Shown here piece by piece: positions 8,717 through 20,862 of a DNA stretch of 48,261 nt. The notes beneath the pieces were generated by a model. It saw only the letters and a program-made list of their open reading frames with translations, searched no databases and was not told the origin of the DNA. How positions within the stretch are numbered: the stretch's first letter is position 1; every line of letters begins with the position of its first letter. A program made the position numbers and the translations under genes. Source of the stretch: Octopus bimaculoides (Eukaryota); assembly GCF_001194135.2 (NCBI RefSeq), contig NC_068987.1:35849391-35897651 (forward strand), given 5' to 3'.

Positions 8717-11336
8717 ATCCTTCCTACTAGAGGCACAATGATACTTTGGATTACAAATCAAGCATCTCTTAGTTAATGTATAAATCCCAACAGATGAAAA
8801 TAGGCCGCTAATAGAGAGAAATGTTTCCCTATGTAATATTTGTAAAAGGAAAAATAACAACGGAATCTGAAAACTGAATGAAATCAAAAGCCCATAACCA
8901 AACCGCGAGAATTAGCTTTTAAATACACTGAGAAGAATACTTCACCTAACGTCTGCATCAATATTATATTTAGTACTGTTAATGCATTTGGACTACAAAT
9001 CCCTAACAGAAACTCCAGAAATGTAAGGTGCCAGGGCGGTATTCCACAGTGCAATGAAATCATATAAGTAACAGAAGAAAATTGATAAGATATACTGATT
9101 GATGTGATGATACTAATGCATGAGTGCAGACCACAAAAAAAAAAACATTCAACAATTCCTTTGGTCGATGAAAGCGAAATTAGGCGACGGACTGATTTTG
9201 TTGTTGGTTGGACATCCAGTGCATCAGCAATTTAACTCACCGAATGTTTATTTTTTTTTTACATGTTAACTTAATTCAAGTTTCTGATCTCAAAATACAG
9301 TTTTTCCTATCCTCTCTTCTCCTACCTGTCCTTATACTATGTAAAAGGTCGACTGTGATATTTTTTTGCCTTCCACTCAACGATGTAGAAGAGTGACACA
9401 ATTATGGACGCTCGATTTCTAAGTCACCATCATATATGAACGATACTTTTGATATATTTTAAAATGAGATGTCTAGAGCTGGATGTTCTTCAATCATGTT
9501 CTGCTGATAGAAAATTGATTTCTAACTAAACAGAGCTTAGAATTTAAATTTTGCAATGGAACTTGGTAGGATTAGTGGTAATTATTTAGTATTGCAGACT
9601 ATGGACATATACATGGTACTTTTAGTCAGTGTTATTAAAACAATATATTTTTCGAAAGACACATTAAATAAAATCTTGCAATTTGTCTTCACAGTATTGT
9701 GAAGAGTAAAACTATTCAAATCCTATACTTGCCGTACCTTCCGTTTATTTCGGATACCCAAGAACTGTCATAAATATATATACTACAACAATATATATTG
9801 ATGAATCTGTTTATATCATGATAATGTCTGTAACATGTGATAACTGTCAAAGTTAACATAAATAGATGTTTCGTTGAGGTATATTTACATGAGAAATTCT
9901 TTTCAATATGAATTAGGCTTTAATATCTATATCATTAAATGCCAATGTTTCGAAGTTACATTTCAATTAGTATTTTCGACAGCACGAATAATAGACTGTA
10001 GCTACTTTATTATATAAATGTAATTTACTTTGAAATAAATGAAATTATTTTATCAAATTAATATTGTTCTTCTGCTTCAAATGAAACGTCTTCATTTCCT
10101 TTACCGTCTAATAGAATGGCAAAGTGTTCACATTGCATCGACAAGTAATTATTCTTCTAAAATTCTTTTGTTTGGTACAAATCTTGAATGAATTTGATCA
10201 GATTTGCAGAATCAAACTTTTACTTTTACAAATTACAAAATCAAATTTTCACCGTAACATATTCACAATTTATTATAAGGTAACAATTTGAATGCCGAAC
10301 TTCTAAAGTCTTAACATTATTAATTTGAGAATGCATCAATAGAGCTAATTCATTGGTTCAATGTCATAAATATATACAGAAAGTGTATAGTACTTTGAAT
10401 TAAATCTTGCGATATATAAGACAAATGATTATTGGGCGACGAAACTTTTAGAAAGAACGATGCCGGAATGTTTTAAAATCAGAAAATCTTAGGTGATAAA
10501 TACAAAAATGCTAATAATCGGCTATTCCGCAATATCATCGTACAGCAGTTTAGTTCCGTAAAATGAAAATTGGCCACAATTTAGGATGTTGATGGTCTAA
10601 TAAGTACATATACGACAGGAAATATGGCATTTTAGAGTCTCAGAGACGAATGGGAAAAAAGAAGAGACTATTAGCTGGATGAAGAAGTAGTCTGAACTAT
10701 TGCAACAGAGAGCAAGATCTTGCACCAAGTGATGGTGCTAATCTAGTTGATAAGATAAGGGTCCAAAAGAAATTGGTAGTAAGGACTTCATGTATACACT
10801 TAGAATTTCCTTTTCAATGATATAGATTGTAAATAATAGACTCCATAAATGTTATTTTAATATACATTAAATATAATTTAATTGTCTATTTCATTTTACA
10901 AAAAGTTTCTGCTCTTTGAATTAAAATTTGTAATTTTAGATTTCAGATTTTAAATTTTATTCCCCCTAAGTGAAGCAAATTACTTTGTATGATTGCAATT
11001 AAGGCAATGTAATGTAGTAAAACTTGACAGCGATTCTGGCGTTCGATTTATGATTTTAAGGTAAATCGAGGTTATTAAGTAAGTTTGGACGCAATTTTTT
11101 AAATGTGTTGCTGTGTAGCATTAGCAGGAGTTATACCACAATAAATGCAAGGGACAAAATATGACATGCAAGCATGTAAGACAATTAAATTACACTAGTC
11201 TAATGTTCTGTTGCGAATTAATTATGCAAATTATATAAATACAGACCATTATAATTTATTACATATTAAATCACATTGCCGAAATCACACAACCTTCATA
11301 ATTTTTGTAATGTTCTATCTTTTCTCTAAATCCCCC

Positions 11337-11337
<1 letters not shown>

Positions 11338-11422
<85 letters not shown>
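11338..11422. repeat. (CT)n microsatellite
   Basis: Direct reading. Confidence 0.98.
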
Positions 11423-11426
<4 letters not shown>

Positions 11427-12022
11427 ATCTCTTAATCTATATTTCTTTCTCCATATTGCGTCTGGCAATTAGTTAATTTTTCTTGCAACATTTGGGAGGA
11501 AATTCATAAGCATCGCAGGTTAATGACAAAAATATTTAAGCAACCTCGGTGAAGCATCTCCATTTCAATGTGTAGCTTTCAAGCTCTCTATTCGAATTTA
11601 CAGAAGACTTCCTAAGTTCTGATCTAATACAGCTAATTGACGAAGATTGAGGATCATAGAAATATACAATGTGAAAATCAAAATTAATGTGAATCAATTC
11701 ATGATTCAAACTTAAACCCCACGATAATCTGAGGTTTCTACAGACAGAGTGGTTCCAGGAAGTGTATTTAAAACGTTATAAAATATGTAACAGATTTACC
11801 ATCACTTAAGGAGACATGAGAAAGTATTTTGCCAACCACCAAAATCTATCAGTCTTTGACTGTCACCCTATACTATTCATGTATATGCACAAGACATACA
11901 CACGCAAATATAAATATATTGATATATCTCCAAAATGGGGACGTATACCAACACGTCCCTGTTGCGCAATCGTGAATATCTCTTCATATGAAACTGTTGG
12001 TTGACTTGCTAACCAACTAACA

Positions 12023-12066
<44 letters not shown>

Positions 12067-12070
12067 TTAA

Positions 12071-12345
12071 GGCACTCAAAGGGACAGCTTGCTCGTGAAA
12101 TTAATGCGCAAGTCGCTGCACACTCCACAGACGCGTAAGCGTTGTTCTCCAGCAGATTCAGCGTGACACACAGTGTGACAAGGCTAGCACATTGAAATAG
12201 AGGTATTACTCATTATTTGCCAGCGAAGTTGACTGGAGCAATGTGAAATAAAGTGTCTTGCTCAAGGGCACAACGCGTCGCCGGGAATTGAACACACGAC
12301 CTTACGATTGTGAACCGAATTCCCTAACCAGTAATCACGCGCCTT
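12071..12345 (-). mobile_element. tRNA-derived SINE family C with a V/Meta/CORE-like central motif
   Basis: Minus strand starts AAGGCGCGTGATTACTGGTTAGGGAATTCGGTTCACAATCGTAAGGTCGTGTGTTCAATTCCCGGCGACGCG, with box A-like and box B-like (GTTCAATTCC) motifs. It continues TTGTGCCCTTGAGCAAGACACTTTA...GCTCCAGTC, resembling conserved SINE core domains. The exact superfamily is unverified. Confidence 0.8.
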
Positions 12346-12689
12346 TATATAGCCAATAAGGGATATGAATATGCGTTATTACTATCGGTATAAGTTACCT
12401 ATGTTAACCCTGGGCATGGATATGCAAGCGTACTATATTCATAGGGTATAGGCAATAACAAAATAAACAAGAGTTTATCAAGAATCAAATTTAAATTAAG
12501 CAAAAAAATACAGAAAGCTTTTGATCAACACATAAATTCACCATCATCGGTTATTATTTTTCGATACAAAACTTAACATAGCTAATGGCTGTTAGCAATG
12601 TTAAAGTTTTGTATGGAAAAATAATAACCAATGGGAGTCAATTTGTTTATTGATGAAAAGTTTTCTCCATTTCCTTTACTTGCTTCATT

Positions 12690-12895
12690 CATTTTGTTTC
12701 AGCCATGCTGGAGCACAGCCGTGACGGTATTTAATCGAAAAAATCGACCCCAGGACTAATTTTCCTTAAAATCATAGTACCTATTCTATCGGTGTGTTTT
12801 TTTGAACCGCTAGGTACGGAGACGTGAAGACAGCGGCACCGGTTGACAAGCGGTGTCTGAGGACAAACAAAGACACTCTAAGACACACGTACATA
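12690..12895 (-). mobile_element. 3' half of SINE family B (diverged)
   Basis: Reverse complement matches 37680-37870 (CCAGCATGGC, GGGGTCGATTT, CGATAGAATAGGTAC, TTGTCC). Confidence 0.8.
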
Positions 12896-12918
12896 GATAT
12901 ATACATATGCATACATAC

Positions 12919-12993
<75 letters not shown>

Positions 12994-13048
12994 TGTGTGT
13001 GTGTCTGTGTATGTGTGNNNNNNNNNNTATAAATATATATATAGGTAT

Positions 13049-13262
13049 ACTCTTTTACTCTTTTACTTCTTTCAGTCATTTGACTGTGGCCATGCTGCAG
13101 CACCGCCTTTAGTCGAGCAAATCGACCCCACGACTTATTCTTCGTAAGCTTAGAACTTATGCTATCCGTCTATTTTGACGAACTGCAAAGTTACGTGACG
13201 TAAACACACCAGCATCGGTTGCCAAGTGATGTTGGGGGAAGAAACACAGGCACACAAACATA
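13049..13262 (-). mobile_element. 3' half of SINE family B, ending at its internal (CA)/(TA) microsatellite
   Basis: ACTCTTTTACTCTTTTAC tail, then CAGTCATTTGACTGTGGCCATGCTGCAGCACCGCCTTTAGTCGAGCAAATCGACCCC ... ACACCAGCATCGGTTG; reverse complement of 42370-42580. Confidence 0.9.
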
Positions 13263-13285
13263 TACACACACACATACACACTCAC

Positions 13286-13337
<52 letters not shown>

Positions 13338-13457
13338 GTATATGTTTATCTATTTATTTATTGATAGAAAGGACAACAAAAGAAAGAAAGAGACCTCGAT
13401 ATTATGTAAATAGAGGAAATTATCTGTAAAAATATGAGACACTTATACGGTAGCCAT

Positions 13458-13518
13458 GATAAAACTCCGAGTTTCGGATGCCGGGGTGGGAACCCACGCC
13501 AACATCTCTTCAGTAATC
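13458..13518 (-). ncRNA. Type I hammerhead ribozyme-like motif
   Basis: Minus strand reads GAUUA-CUGAAGA-GAUGUUGG-C-GUGG(GUUC)CCAC-C-CCGGCAUC-C-GAAA-CUCGGAG-UU|UUAUC. Long stem II, stem III ACU/AGU, triplet GUU, stem I 4 of 5 pairs, one extra C before GAAA. Confidence 0.65.
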
Positions 13519-14049
13519 CGGCCATTGAAAATTCCTGTGAAAAATGACAGTTAAACAAAGGGAAATTACTGTGCGGTTGACCGTTATTAAGACAAAAGAG
13601 CTATAGACTCCTAAGTAAGGTAAGGGGGTAGAGGTAAGGGAATAAAAAAATCCATGGTGTTCGCGTAAGCGCACCAATCCGTATATGTGTATACTAAACC
13701 ACCCTCGCTTGAAACACACACATGCTCACCCACATACTCGCCAAAAATTATACATATATGTACATATACATATATTTACCGGCATACACGGGTATACCGG
13801 CATACAACCCCACATACACACACACGCACTCAACAACCTCGCACCTATGCACACGCACGCAAAAAAAATTATACGGCTAAAGCAAAATACAGAAGAAAGT
13901 GTGAGAAAGCTATAAGGTTAAAACGCGTCTAATATGCGTATATATTCACATGCACGCACTTATATCTATATACGCATGTACCCGTACACACGCACATATT
14001 CAAAAGCGCGCACATAAGGTTCAAAGCAAGTTTTTCTGTTTTCTGTTTT

Positions 14050-14684
14050 CTCCCCTCCATCCAATTTTGCGTCGTACGTGTGATGAAAATGGGTTCTTTT
14101 CAATAATAGCAAGCGTTCTACACGGTGGTTGGATAGAGACGAATTGCCATAACACAATTTACAAACGAATATTCATCAAAACAAGTTAATGGTATCTGTT
14201 TGGTCGTTCAGCGCTAGTGTCATCCACTACAGCTTCAAGGTATGTCAGTCACAGCGGATGTATACATAAACCAATTGGATGAAATTATGAGTGAACTTGC
14301 AATTAAACAACCGAGATTGGTCAATAGAGAGGTCAATTCTCTTACAAGACAGCCCGACCACATGTTGCGCAAAGAACGCTACTCAAGTTACAGGTACTGA
14401 CCTTGTGAGTACTCTATCATCCACCAAATTCTCCAGACTTTGCATCACGTATTCCAGGCATTAGACATCATTCTGAAAGGAAAAAAACTTCAAATCTAAA
14501 GATGCAAACACAGCATTTCGTGATTTTATCACCTCTTGCTCTCCAGAATTCTTCGCTGCCGGCATAAATAAGCTACCAATAAAATGGCAAAATTGTGTTG
14601 ATAATTTAGGCACATACTTTGATTAACTGCATTGCATCTTGTTGAGATAAAGTAAAATGAATGTCCATTCTTAATGACCTGATA
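14050..14684 (+). mobile_element. Mariner (DD34D) transposon 3' half, decayed
   Basis: Frameshifted translation gives TCDE(K)W, RWLDRDELP, HQNKLMVSVW, ADVYINQLDEIMSELAIKQPRLVNR, HPPNSPDF, GINKLPIKWQNCVDNLGTYFD* (stop at about 14623). A TIR-like end GACCTGA|TA follows at 14676-14684. Confidence 0.88.
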
Positions 14685-14726
14685 TATATTGTATTCAGTA
14701 TGACCTGATATATATTGTATTCAGTA
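14675..14726. repeat. Perfect 26-bp tandem duplication
   Basis: TGACCTGATATATATTGTATTCAGTA occurs twice head to tail. Confidence 0.97.
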
Positions 14727-14899
14727 TGTGCTTATTTCAACGAGAAATGAGAAGTGTGAGCAAGAGTAAACTGAATGTTAGCTGTGTTAATGTGCAGATG
14801 CTTCTATAAAGAATTCTGTTTCATTTTTAATGCAATCATGGGTGAGTGGTCAGTATCTATGATTACTTTCCGGCCTACGATGTCTGTTAGCATGAAGGG

Positions 14900-15060
14900 T
14901 GGGAAATTTACTCAGTCCTAAAATCCGATCAGACGTCTGACGGCAAGCAATACCAGTGTGGGGTGTTGATAAATGATGTATCCTGCATGAAAACGGATAT
15001 TGCTCCACCTGACTTCCACACAGTTTTCATAAACGAAATATCTCACACAGCCCTTATTTC
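14900..15060 (-). mobile_element. Possible old SINE fragment related to family B
   Basis: CTTCCACACAGTTTTCATAAACGAAATATCTCACACAGCC loosely resembles the reverse complement of GGCTTGTGAGTGGATTTGGTAGACGGAAACTG of family B. Confidence 0.35.
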
Positions 15061-15676
15061 GAACCCTACTTCAGGTATATATTTGTGCTCTGAAAGCTAT
15101 ATACCATTCTGTTGATACATTACAACAGATTACGTTTCTATACCGTATATCATATTACTGATAGCATCCCATATCAGTTGCAGTATGCGGATTTCCATTT
15201 CATTTAGCTTTAATTTAATTTCATTATATTTGCATTAGATAAGACAGAATGACTAATTAATGTTATTAAATTTTTAATTTCTCGTCTACCAAATAGCATT
15301 GTATTTAATCATATTCTGCTACTCCAACTTTTAATTTCTTCCACCATTTGCTGATAAATCACACGTAACCTTACACTGTAACGTGAGTTGTTAAGACTTG
15401 ACTAATTCTGATTTGATGGTCTTCATACTTATCAAATGAAGGCATTTTAATACAATTGACGTACATAAATATAATTCTACCATTAGTTATATATGATGTT
15501 GTAATAATATTACAACAGGGGAGATATATATATTAGTTATCTGTATACGTTCAGATGTAGTTTGTGTCTACTAGTCTATTTTCCAAATATGTATCCCTCT
15601 CTCTCTTTTGCCTGTTTGTTTGTCTTATTGCCTGCCTATCTGTGCATCTACCTACCTACCTCCTTCTCCACCTCCA

Positions 15677-16944
15677 TACGAGATGGTATCAAACATTTCC
15701 AGGGCTAGTTGTGTTTGATATATAATAACTTATTTACCTAAGTTTTTCCATCACCACCTTCGAAATAAACACTTTATACTTCAAGACACCGGTTCCAGCG
15801 TTCCCGTCACACTTGGAATTTTGTTAGGAAGTCGTTTCTTTAAGCGAGTCCAGGACCTTTTGCGATTCGCATTTTCATTTTTGGGAATAGATGTAAGTCT
15901 GCAGGTGTTGAATCTGGTGAATGGGGTGGGTGCGAAGCGATGCCATGTTGCTTTTTGAGAGAAACTCACGAGTGAGTAAAGCTCGGTGACGCGATGCATT
16001 GCAGCCGACAAGAATCTAATTCTTCGCGCTCCAGAGGTCCGGTTTCTTTCGCCGAATGTCCTCCCTTAAACGCTTCCAAACGTTGCCGTAGAACTCTCGA
16101 TTGACGGTCAGGCCCTGGATGACGAATTCCCAATGCACAATACTGCAGATGACCCAAAAGGTGATGAGCATGCTATTGATTGAGCTACAGCACTACTGTA
16201 GCTTCTTTGGTCGTGGAGATGAAGAGCTCTTCCGTTGTGAGGACTGCTGTTTTGTCTTAGGGTCGTAGACGTACACCTAACTCCCGACACCTGTGATGAT
16301 CCACAACATAAAGCGAGGGCCATCAGCGGTACGCTGACGTAGATCTTGTCAGACTTCGATCCGTTGTTTTTCGCTCCTGAATGGTCAGCAGGCAGAGGAC
16401 AAACCTGACAGAGACAGGCTGTATGTTCTATTCAGACCTTAGGACTGCATGCACGGACCCATTCGACAGACGAACAATATAAATAATGTCTTTGATTGTT
16501 CTCCGACGATCCTCAACCTCAAGCTGATGGATTTCCTCCACATTTCCGGGGTTGACGTTCGTGGCAAGTCGTCCAGGTCACTGATCGTCTTCCAGAGACG
16601 TTCTTCTGCGCTTTTCAGCTGAAATATTGCGTGCGGCTCATTGCCTCGTCGCCCTCAGCTTGCCAATACATGTTCAATATCTTTGTCACAGACTTGCCAA
16701 ATTTAATGCAAAATTTCACATTGTCTCTTATTTCCAACTTTCTGCCCATGACATAATCGCAGACTATGGCATAGACGTGATCATAGAAAGACAGATTTCA
16801 ATACATGTGAAGTAAAGACAGTAATGTAACTCGGCACATTGCCTCATGGAGGTCATTGCTAGTCTCACTGTGCACGCAACTGTGTGCTGCATTCTGTTGG
16901 TGCTCTATAGAACTAGTCCAGGAACATTTTTATAGCTCCTTGTA
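15677..16944 (-). mobile_element. Full-length but inactivated mariner element (about 1.27 kb) with both TIRs and TA duplications
   Basis: TIRs are TACGAGATGGTATCAAACATTTCCAGGGCTAGT and, as reverse complement of the right end, TACAAGGAGCTATAAAAATGTTCCTGGACTAGT. Minus-strand pieces read NVKFCIKFGKS, GDEAMSRTQ, SLEDD, VYDPKTKQQSS..KSSSSPRPKK, TVNREFYGNVWKRLREDIRRKKPDLW, PHSPDSTPADLHLFPKMK, YFEG. Many stops and frameshifts. Confidence 0.92.
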
Positions 16945-18744
16945 CTTGTAATGTGGACTCTGTTAAAAAGCACACAAGGTTGCTCAATGTGGACATTGAT
17001 TACATTGCACATACAAGGCAAACATGGAAAGAAATACTGGTAAAGTATTTCGTACAATGCTTGAAAGTGGCTGCTAATTGACTGGAATAATTTTGTGAAT
17101 AGATGAGCTTAACTCCCATTAGTTAGGGTACATACGTGTATGTATACGAGGACTTTGTTTTAAAGGCATCTTCTTATTTTCATCCCTCTAAACTTTCTCA
17201 CACGCACTGTAAAAAGGCAGCTCTCATAGCCTACTCTTCTGAAGAAAACCTGAAAACAAAACCTCACAATGCACGTAAAATAAGGTAATGACGTTAAAAT
17301 TTTGGTTATTTGACTGACAAAAATTGTGTTCATAATCTTAAATCCTGCAAGAAGCTGATATATTCTGGAAGCTTTACTTCACCAGTGATTTAACAGACAC
17401 TGTTTCGGAGGAGCAATACGCTAGGTAACATAAGATCGGTCTCCCTCCTTATATGTTACTTCATGGTATCATCAAAGTGTAAGAATGTTAAAGAAAGCGT
17501 TTTACGCGAACAAATTCTTACAAAAATGCTCACTTTCAGATGGGGTTCTGTGTCAGCCCAGAACTACTGATCGAGAAAATACCGGACAGTATGATTGCGA
17601 CTATATATTTATAAATATCCGTGTAAATGTATGGTGATCTGATACTTTTCTATGTTTCCAATGTACGCACACGTACACTTAATGTCCTTAATATTTTTAT
17701 TTTTTTTATTTTCTGCCTCAGCTTCCACTACATCTAGTCTTGTGACAAATCAGTCACAAGCTATAAACCGCCCACAACAAAATTTAGTTCCATTTGAAAC
17801 ACATTTATTCACGCTTGACTGATTAATCCCATTTGTGAGTCTAATGATTCAAATATTTAATGATCTTCCGCGCATTTTCTTCTGATATCTCTCTACACAG
17901 CCATTATAAATGTTTTTTTTTTTCTCTTTGTCAAGTACTTTATATTTATTTTCTCATTTCTTCCATTTTTGTTCCTCTTTTGATTCTTTTCCTCCTTCAC
18001 TTTACTTTTCTCATTCTCCTACATGATCCTTTTTTCTGTTCTTATCTCTCTCGCATGGAACCGAAAATCCAACGACTTAAATGTTTTCCTTCGTTTCTTT
18101 TCTTTTTCTCATCGCCAATCTTTCTATCCTGCTAAACCTACCGCTCATTCTTATTACCATTTCAAATATATATATCGCTCTCTGTGGTTCTATGTCTTTC
18201 CCTTCCCCCCTCTCACTCTCCCTTACCCCTTTTACTCTTACTTTTTCTTCATCTCTATCTCTGCGTTGTTAACTATTTACATATCTGTATATATAAAAGT
18301 CAGGATGTGTGTGTGTGCGTGTATGTGTATGTGAATGTAATTTGTGCACGTCCACAAAATAGCACGCATGTCGCTCCAATTTTAGGAGAACATTGGTCAT
18401 GACCCTAGCTGTATTTTCACGAACTTATTTTTCCTAGAGGCACCAGCGAATAGCAGTAAAAATTAATTTTTCAGCCAAAACTTTTACCAATTTTCAAGTG
18501 AGAGAAATCACCATTGTTTCCAAACAGAAGTTAAGTCCCTTTCTAGTGACGAGTAAGTTTTTGTTAAAACTTTTGTTGTTTTGTTTTTTACCATCGAGGA
18601 AAATAAGTATTTCGTTGATATACGGGCAACACACACGGACATGTATGCGTACAAAAAACGAATGCAATAGGTGTACGTACGTACATGTGTGTATGCGTAT
18701 GTGTGAATATGTGTTGCCCATATATACATACTAATTACACATTA

Positions 18745-18954
18745 ACTCTTTCAGCTGTTTCATCATCTGACTGCGGTCATGCTGGAGCACCGACCAAATC
18801 GACCCCAGAGCTTATTCTTTCTAAGCCTAGTACTTATTCTGTCGTTCTCTTTTGCCGAACTGCTAAGTTACAGGGACTCAAACACACCAGCATCGATTGT
18901 CACGCCATGCTGGGAGGACAAACAAACATATACACACACATACATATATATATA
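18745..18954 (-). mobile_element. 3' half of SINE family B running into an assembly gap
   Basis: GACTGCGGTCATGCTGGAGCACCG..AAATCGACCCCAG..CTTATTCTTT.TAAGCCTAGTACTTATTC...ACACCAGCATCG.TTGTC is the reverse complement of 42370-42560. Confidence 0.9.
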
Positions 18955-19579
18955 NNNNNNNNNNNNNNNNNNNNNNNNNNNNNNNNNNNNNNNNNNNNNN
19001 NNNNNNNNNNNNNNNNNNNNNNNNNNNNNNNNNNNNNNNNNNNNNNNNNNNNNNNNNNNNNNNNNNNNNNNNNNNNNNNNNNNNNNNNNNNNNNNNNNNN
19101 NNNNNNNNNNNNNNNNNNNNNNNNNNNNNNNNNNNNNNNNNNNNNNNNNNNNNNNNNNNNNNNNNNNNNNNNNNNNNNNNNNNNNNNNNNNNNNNNNNNN
19201 NNNNNNNNNNNNNNNNNNNNNNNNNNNNNNNNNNNNNNNNNNNNNNNNNNNNNNNNNNNNNNNNNNNNNNNNNNNNNNNNNNNNNNNNNNNNNNNNNNNN
19301 NNNNNNNNNNNNNNNNNNNNNNNNNNNNNNNNNNNNNNNNNNNNNNNNNNNNNNNNNNNNNNNNNNNNNNNNNNNNNNNNNNNNNNNNNNNNNNNNNNNN
19401 NNNNNNNNNNNNNNNNNNNNNNNNNNNNNNNNNNNNNNNNNNNNNNNNNNNNNNNNNNNNNNNNNNNNNNNNNNNNNNNNNNNNNNNNNNNNNNNNNNNN
19501 NNNNNNNNNNNNNNNNNNNNNNNNNNNNNNNNNNNNNNNNNNNNNNNNNNNNNNNNNNNNNNNNNNNNNNNNNNNNNNN

Positions 19580-20056
19580 AGCAGTATTGTGTTCTTTTAA
19601 GTCCTATTTGGGCTAAGAAAAATCAATAAACTGATTCCGTATGGGGTTTTGCATTTAATCAGAATAAAAAAAAACCATAAAACGATAAACCGATTCCTTA
19701 CATGATTCCCCAATAAAATTGCCTACACTCCATTTTCAACTATAACTTTCACCAATTTTGATGTATTTTGTTCAGACTTGATGCCAGCATTACTTAGGAT
19801 TCATGGGATCTTTGAATGCTTTAAGTTCTTCAGAAGCGAAAAAAAATCGATGAGTGAAAAAAATCGATAAACCGATTTCTTATGGGATTACCTAATCAAG
19901 TTTTCTGCAACTCATTTTCAGCCAAAAGATTACCAGTTTCAACGGATTTCGGCAAAATTTGACGTCGATGTTACATAGTTTGATTTGAAATAAAGAACTT
20001 GATGAGTTTAATAATCCAAACTTAATCCCGGGTAAAGCCGGGCTATACTGCTACTG
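19580..20056 (+). mobile_element. 3' part of a non-autonomous Helitron/Helentron-like element
   Basis: Subterminal GC hairpin CCCGG-GTAAAG-CCGGG at 20027-20042, followed about 8 nt later by CTAC-T (a degenerate CTAG-T end). Internal repeated modules AAAATC(G/A)ATAAAC(C/T)GATT at about 19618, 19680 and 19860. The 5' end is lost in the gap. Confidence 0.55.
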
Positions 20057-20195
20057 CTTAATAACTCAAATCAATATTTCCATTTCCCTACCATCACTTA
20101 TTTTTATAACAACCAATAAAGAAGAAATATCTGGCAAATCATAGTTCACCCAGTCACTATAAGGAAGACCCACACATAAAAGAATACATTCTGTG

Positions 20196-20297
20196 TACAA
20201 TCTGCAATGCAACAAGTTTAACCGAGTAACACTCACTAAAAGGTAATTACCTTTTGGTCAGTGCGACTCGGTTAAACTTATTTCATAGCAAATTGTA
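20196..20297. repeat. Near-perfect 102-bp palindrome, probably a fold-back MITE (TA-CAAT...ATTG-TA)
   Basis: Gap-free symmetry about 20246/20247. It includes a 14-bp perfect arm AAGTTTAACCGAGT/ACTCGGTTAAACTT and the centre ACTAAAAGGTAA|TTACCTTTTGGT. Confidence 0.9.
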
Positions 20298-20820
20298 TAA
20301 ATTATAATTCATATATACGTATAAATAAGTCGTTATTGATAAGTCCTCATATATAAACAGCGTATACATAAATGCAAGACTCTATAAATATGCATGTGTA
20401 TGCGGGCAATGTCAAAATATTGCCAACGCATTGTTTGCAAGTAACTTACCTAAATATCTCTTTACTGAGTATTTTTTCCTTACATTATCTGGTATTCCAT
20501 CGCGAAATAATATAGTATTGTGTAGAAGTTCCCGACTGCCATGTACTTACGCGTTACAAGTAGAAGGGAATAGCACTATGCATGCATCTCATACTTCATA
20601 AGTGAATATCAATTTAACGACTCCTTAAGTGGTATGAAAAATAAGAATCAGATTCTAAGATAAATTCTTTCCTACCGCAAGTTCAAAATTGCTTCTCTAA
20701 AAAAGTAACTAAATAAATTTGACATCTAGCTAGACGATTCTCTCCTATACAATTGAATGACGCGGGTAACCACAACTAAGTATCTATCTACCTCTGTATA
20801 TGTTTATTTAAGTGTGTGTG

Positions 20821-20862
<42 letters not shown>

